Of a stretch of DNA of 64,000 nt, positions 60,344 to 64,000 are shown piece after piece. Position numbers and translations under genes: made by a program. Source of the DNA: a virus. Each line of letters starts with the position of its first letter. Position 1 is the first letter of the stretch. Below the pieces are notes generated by a model. That model was given only the letters and a program-made list of their open reading frames with translations. It ran no database searches and was not told the origin of the DNA. The DNA lies in IMG/VR virus record IMGVR_UViG_3300018080_000131, positions 37,075 to 101,074 of that record; one strand, 5' to 3'.

Positions 60344-60786
60344 TGGCTGAGTTTTCCAGTTCAGATTCACCAAGAAGCTGTAAGCTTTGTGAGCAATTAT
60401 CAAAGCAGAAGTCTTTTAAGAAAGGTTCTAGGGTTAGGATTGCTGGTGTTTTTGATTGTGAGAACTGTCCAGTTTGGAAAGCAAAGCCAATTAAAGAAAA
60501 TGAGATTATAGTATTTCTCTATAATCAAATACCTTTCAGGTTTAATTCAATAAGTGGACAGGTGGAGTTTTCTGCTGAAGATGTAAAGTTTTTATTTGAG
60601 GTTTATGGTATTCATAAAGACCTTTGGGAAGATTATTATAACAGATTAATGTATTTGAACAGAGAAGTTAACATAGCTCATAAAAAACAAACAGAGGCTA
60701 TTAATAAGAAAAGAAAAGAAGATGAGGAATGGAAGAGGTTGAAGAAAGCTTCTTCTAAGAATGTTGTAGAAAAGGTTATGAGATAG
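60334..60786 (+). CDS. tail assembly chaperone frameshift extension (gpGT-like)
   Basis: T TTA AAG (X XXY YYZ) at 60334-60340; -1 frame continues into ORF 60343-60786. Confidence 0.8.
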   Translation, partial: FKVVAEFSSSDSPRSCKLCEQLSKQKSFKKGSRVRIAGVFDCENCPVWKAKPIKENEIIVFLYNQIPFRFNSISGQVEFSAEDVKFLFEVYGIHKDLWEDYYNRLMYLNREVNIAHKKQTEAINKKRKEDEEWKRLKKASSKNVVEKVMR

Positions 60787-60793
60787 AGGTAAT

Positions 60794-63700
60794 ATGTCTT
60801 CTAAAGATGTAGTTGTTGTACTTGAATTTACAGATAAAGGTACAGCAAAAATTAAGAAAGTACTTCAGGATACTGAAGGTAGGCTTAAAGCTGTTGGTTC
60901 TTCTGCTGAGAAGTCTGGTAAAGGCTTTAAGAGTATGACAAATGAAACTAACAAAGCTACAGAAAAAACTTCTAAGTTCAAGTCAATGCTAAAAAGTACT
61001 GCTGTTCAGATGGCAACAGGTATGGGAATCATGATGGGAGTTTCAGGAGCAATAAGAGGTATATCTAATGCTGTAAAAAGTACTATCCAGGCTGGTATGG
61101 AGTTTGAAAAAGAATGGGCTAATGTAACAACAATGCTTTCTATATCAGAAGCAGAGACAGAAAAAATGAAAATGGGTTTAATTAAAATGTCTCCAGTATT
61201 GGGGGATACAACAGATTTAGCTAAAGGTATGTACCAGGTTCTTTCAGCTAGTATTGAACCTGCTAAGGCTTTAGATTTCTTAGCTGAATCAGCTAAGAGT
61301 GCTAAGGCTGGTGTTACTGATACAAAAACTGCTGTTGATGCTCTTACTACTGTTATAAATGCTTATGGGATGGAAGCTGAAGATGTTACAAAAGTAAGTG
61401 ATATTATGTTTGCTACAGTTAAAAGAGGTAAATTGACCTATGAAGGTATGGCTGGAGCTTTGGGAACTGTTGCTCCTATAGCTAGTCAAGTTGGTGTTAA
61501 GTTTGAAGAGATAGCTGGAGCTATGGCTACATTAACAAGGCAAGGTATTGATGTAAATACAACAACAGTTCAGTTGAGGCAGGTTCTTGTTTCTGTTTTG
61601 AAACCAACAAAAGAAGCTCAGGATGAGGCTAAAAGATTAGGTTTAGAATTCAATGCACAGGCTTTAAAGGCTAAGGGATTGTCAGGTTTTCTTGCAGATG
61701 TTCAAGCAAAAACAAAAGGAAATGCTGATTCAACTACAAAATTGTTTGGTAATGTTAGGGCTTTAACAGGTATTATGGGATTAGCAGGAGAAAGAGCTAA
61801 GGAGTATGCTTATGATTTGGAATTAATGGCTAGTGCTTCTGGAGCTACAGAAGAAGCTTTTCAAAAACAAATGAAAAGTTCTGCTTTTTGGATAGATGTA
61901 ATGAAGAATACTATAAAGAAATTACAAATTTCTTTTATGCAAGGAATGGTAGAACCTTTTAAGAAAGGTGTAAGAACAAGTGATGATTTAGATAATTCTA
62001 TAGGTATGTTAATTGATAAGGTTTTAAATTTAGGAAGGAATGTTGGTAAAACAGCTAAAAAAATTGTTGATAATATTAATATAGTTATTTCTACTCTTGG
62101 TGGTATGGATAATGCTATTAATACTGTTTCTAAAAGTTGGGCAGAAAAAATGGGTAAAAAATTGTTTGGAGATAAATCAGCAAAAGAGGCTATGTCAGAG
62201 GCTAGACAAGAAGCAAGAAAATGGTCAGAGCAGTTAGAATATGTAACTATTGCATATGAAGAATTAGCTAAAAATTATGCTAATCCAAAATGGAGAAGGG
62301 AGATGGAGGCTAGAAATGAGCTAATGAAAGAAGGTGCTAGACAAACTGAGCTTGCTAAATTTGAGAATAAAGGTCTTCTTGGTACTATGGCTCATTTATC
62401 TACAGAATATAGAAATACTATTAGTAACATTTATGCTACTTCAAAATCTCATGAGGAAGCTAGAAATAGGATAGAGGCTTATAATAATAGAATTAAACAA
62501 TCAACTGAGGCTCATGAAGATAATAATGAAAAAATAAAAACAAGTGTTGAGGTTATTAAAACTCTTACTGATAAAGCTGTTGAATTAAAAAATAATATTC
62601 CTGGTTGGCACTCTGCTTTATTGAATGAATTGAATATGGTTACTACCAGTGTTCAAAATATGAGTGAAAGAAATATTAAGAATGTTGGTGATACATTGAA
62701 ACAGTGGGTTACAGTTGATGCTGGGAATATTTTGAGTAACTTACCAGCAACTTATGAAGATAGAGCATTAATACCTATGGAAGATAAGACAAAAAAAGTT
62801 ACAGAAGAAATGGCAAAGAGTTTTGAAGAGATTGGTATGGCACTCCAACCTATTGCTGAAGAAATAGGTGGAACTTGGGGTGATTTAATTGCTAATGTTG
62901 GTGTAGCCTTTGGTTCATTGAAGAAAGATACTGTAATGACCTTTAAAGGTATAGCTGATGCAATTGGACCAGTTTTGAGTGGAAAGATAGGTGGAGCTAT
63001 AGGTAGTCTTATTAGTGGTACAAAGAAGAACTTTGCTAGTTTAGGAAGTAGTTTAGGAAAAAGTATTGGTGGGTTGTTAGGACCAGTTGGAAGTGTTGTG
63101 GGTAGTTTAGCAGGTGGTCTACTTGGTGGTTTGTTTAAAAAGAAAGTGAAGAAAACAGCAGAGGAATTAAGAGCAGAAAAGTTGGATGTTTGGATTGGTA
63201 ACATTACAGGAGCTATGAAAAACTTAGGTGATATTTCAGAAGAGACAGCTAAAATAATAGCTGAAGATGTGGTTGATAGAGGTATGAAAGGTTATATAGC
63301 AGAAAGCAAGAATTTTGCAAAGATAATTGAAGATGTGGGAGTGAGGCAGGATAACATAAATCAGCTATGGTCTAGAGCTACAGATATTATTCATCATGTT
63401 ACAAGTGGTGAGCTTGATGCAGTTGAAGGTAGTAAGGCACTAGGAGAATCTTTTAACCTGTTATTGAAAGGTACTCAGGATTTGGGCTTAGAAGGTTCTA
63501 GAGCTATGACAAACTTCATACAGAAGATAAGAGAAAGTGGTTTGGAAGTTAAAGAAGTAACAGAGTATGTGAATCAACAGTTAGATGTGGTAGTAAGTGG
63601 TTTTCAGAGTATGGTAGGTGCTAGTGATGGAAGTGCTGAGAGTTTACAAAGACTTGGTACAATAGCTATGGGTACTTTTGCAGAGATGATTAATAATGGA

Positions 63701-64000
63701 GATTCATATTATGAAGCATTGATGAGAATGAGAGAACCAGTGCTTGCTTTGGCTGAAAAGTATGATGAATTGGGAATAAAAGGTAGTGAGGCTTTTGAGG
63801 AATTAAAAAGACTTACTCAAATAACAGAAGACCATAAAGAACTAGTTCAAGCTATTGATGGTGCTAATACTGCTTTAACAGCTATGAATAATATTGGTAT
63901 GTTAACTCAGGAATTGTTTGATGCTATGAATCAAGAAGCTGTTACTTATTTTAACCAGCTTGTTAATTCAGGTGTAGCTAGTGAAGATGCATTAAAACTG
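60794..64000 (+). CDS. tail tape measure protein, TP901-like (3' truncated)
   Basis: GAGGT RBS, ATG 60794, appears open to window end; FEKEWANV, LAKGMYQVLSAS, VINAYG, LFGNVRAL motifs; not in ORF track. Confidence 0.9.
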   Translation, partial: MSSKDVVVVLEFTDKGTAKIKKVLQDTEGRLKAVGSSAEKSGKGFKSMTNETNKATEKTSKFKSMLKSTAVQMATGMGIMMGVSGAIRGISNAVKSTIQAGMEFEKEWANVTTMLSISEAETEKMKMGLIKMSPVLGDTTDLAKGMYQVLSASIEPAKALDFLAESAKSAKAGVTDTKTAVDALTTVINAYGMEAEDVTKVSDIMFATVKRGKLTYEGMAGALGTVAPIASQVGVKFEEIAGAMATLTRQGIDVNTTTVQLRQVLVSVLKPTKEAQDEAKRLGLEFNAQALKAKGLSGFLADVQAKTKGNADSTTKLFGNVRALTGIMGLAGERAKEYAYDLELMASASGATEEAFQKQMKSSAFWIDVMKNTIKKLQISFMQGMVEPFKKGVRTSDDLDNSIGMLIDKVLNLGRNVGKTAKKIVDNINIVISTLGGMDNAINTVSKSWAEKMGKKLFGDKSAKEAMSEARQEARKWSEQLEYVTIAYEELAKNYANPKWRREMEARNELMKEGARQTELAKFENKGLLGTMAHLSTEYRNTISNIYATSKSHEEARNRIEAYNNRIKQSTEAHEDNNEKIKTSVEVIKTLTDKAVELKNNIPGWHSALLNELNMVTTSVQNMSERNIKNVGDTLKQWVTVDAGNILSNLPATYEDRALIPMEDKTKKVTEEMAKSFEEIGMALQPIAEEIGGTWGDLIANVGVAFGSLKKDTVMTFKGIADAIGPVLSGKIGGAIGSLISGTKKNFASLGSSLGKSIGGLLGPVGSVVGSLAGGLLGGLFKKKVKKTAEELRAEKLDVWIGNITGAMKNLGDISEETAKIIAEDVVDRGMKGYIAESKNFAKIIEDVGVRQDNINQLWSRATDIIHHVTSGELDAVEGSKALGESFNLLLKGTQDLGLEGSRAMTNFIQKIRESGLEVKEVTEYVNQQLDVVVSGFQSMVGASDGSAESLQRLGTIAMGTFAEMINNGDSYYEALMRMREPVLALAEKYDELGIKGSEAFEELKRLTQITEDHKELVQAIDGANTALTAMNNIGMLTQELFDAMNQEAVTYFNQLVNSGVASEDALKL

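Noticed and set aside
1-64000. Minus-strand ORFs in the ORF track
   Set aside because: They are shadows of + strand genes, are F/L/S/I-rich, and lack RBS or recognisable motifs

Overview
64 kb of an AT-rich tailed dsDNA bacteriophage genome (genetic code 11). Essentially all genes lie on the + strand, with a strong G>C skew. Gene order: (1) replication/recombination and nucleotide genes (SbcC/gp46-like ATPase, resolvase, class II ribonucleotide reductase, primase); (2) a GIY-YIG/sigma-like fusion, a Mor-like activator and a terminase large subunit interrupted by one in-frame TAA; (3) a ~16 kb accessory zone with a dif-like XerCD site, a non-coding operon and five of the six copies of a repeated sigma70 promoter; (4) a T4-superfamily-type head module (portal, MuF-like fusion, protease/scaffold, capsid) with tRNA-Thr and lysis genes; (5) a 12.5 kb glycan-synthesis/decoration cluster directly after the capsid gene; (6) a siphovirus-type tail module (chaperone -1 frameshift, tape measure truncated by the window end). 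Most notable: a promoter + boxA-led operon of three tandem, oversized tRNA-like RNAs (18.6-19.3 kb); near-total loss of CG and apparent absence of GATC and GCWGC, the last apparently removing Ala-Ala from the proteome; a probable virion glycosylation/sulfation pathway; the dif-like site; and three copies of a helically phased ~115 bp element. All calls come from reading motifs by eye; no database searches or counts were run.
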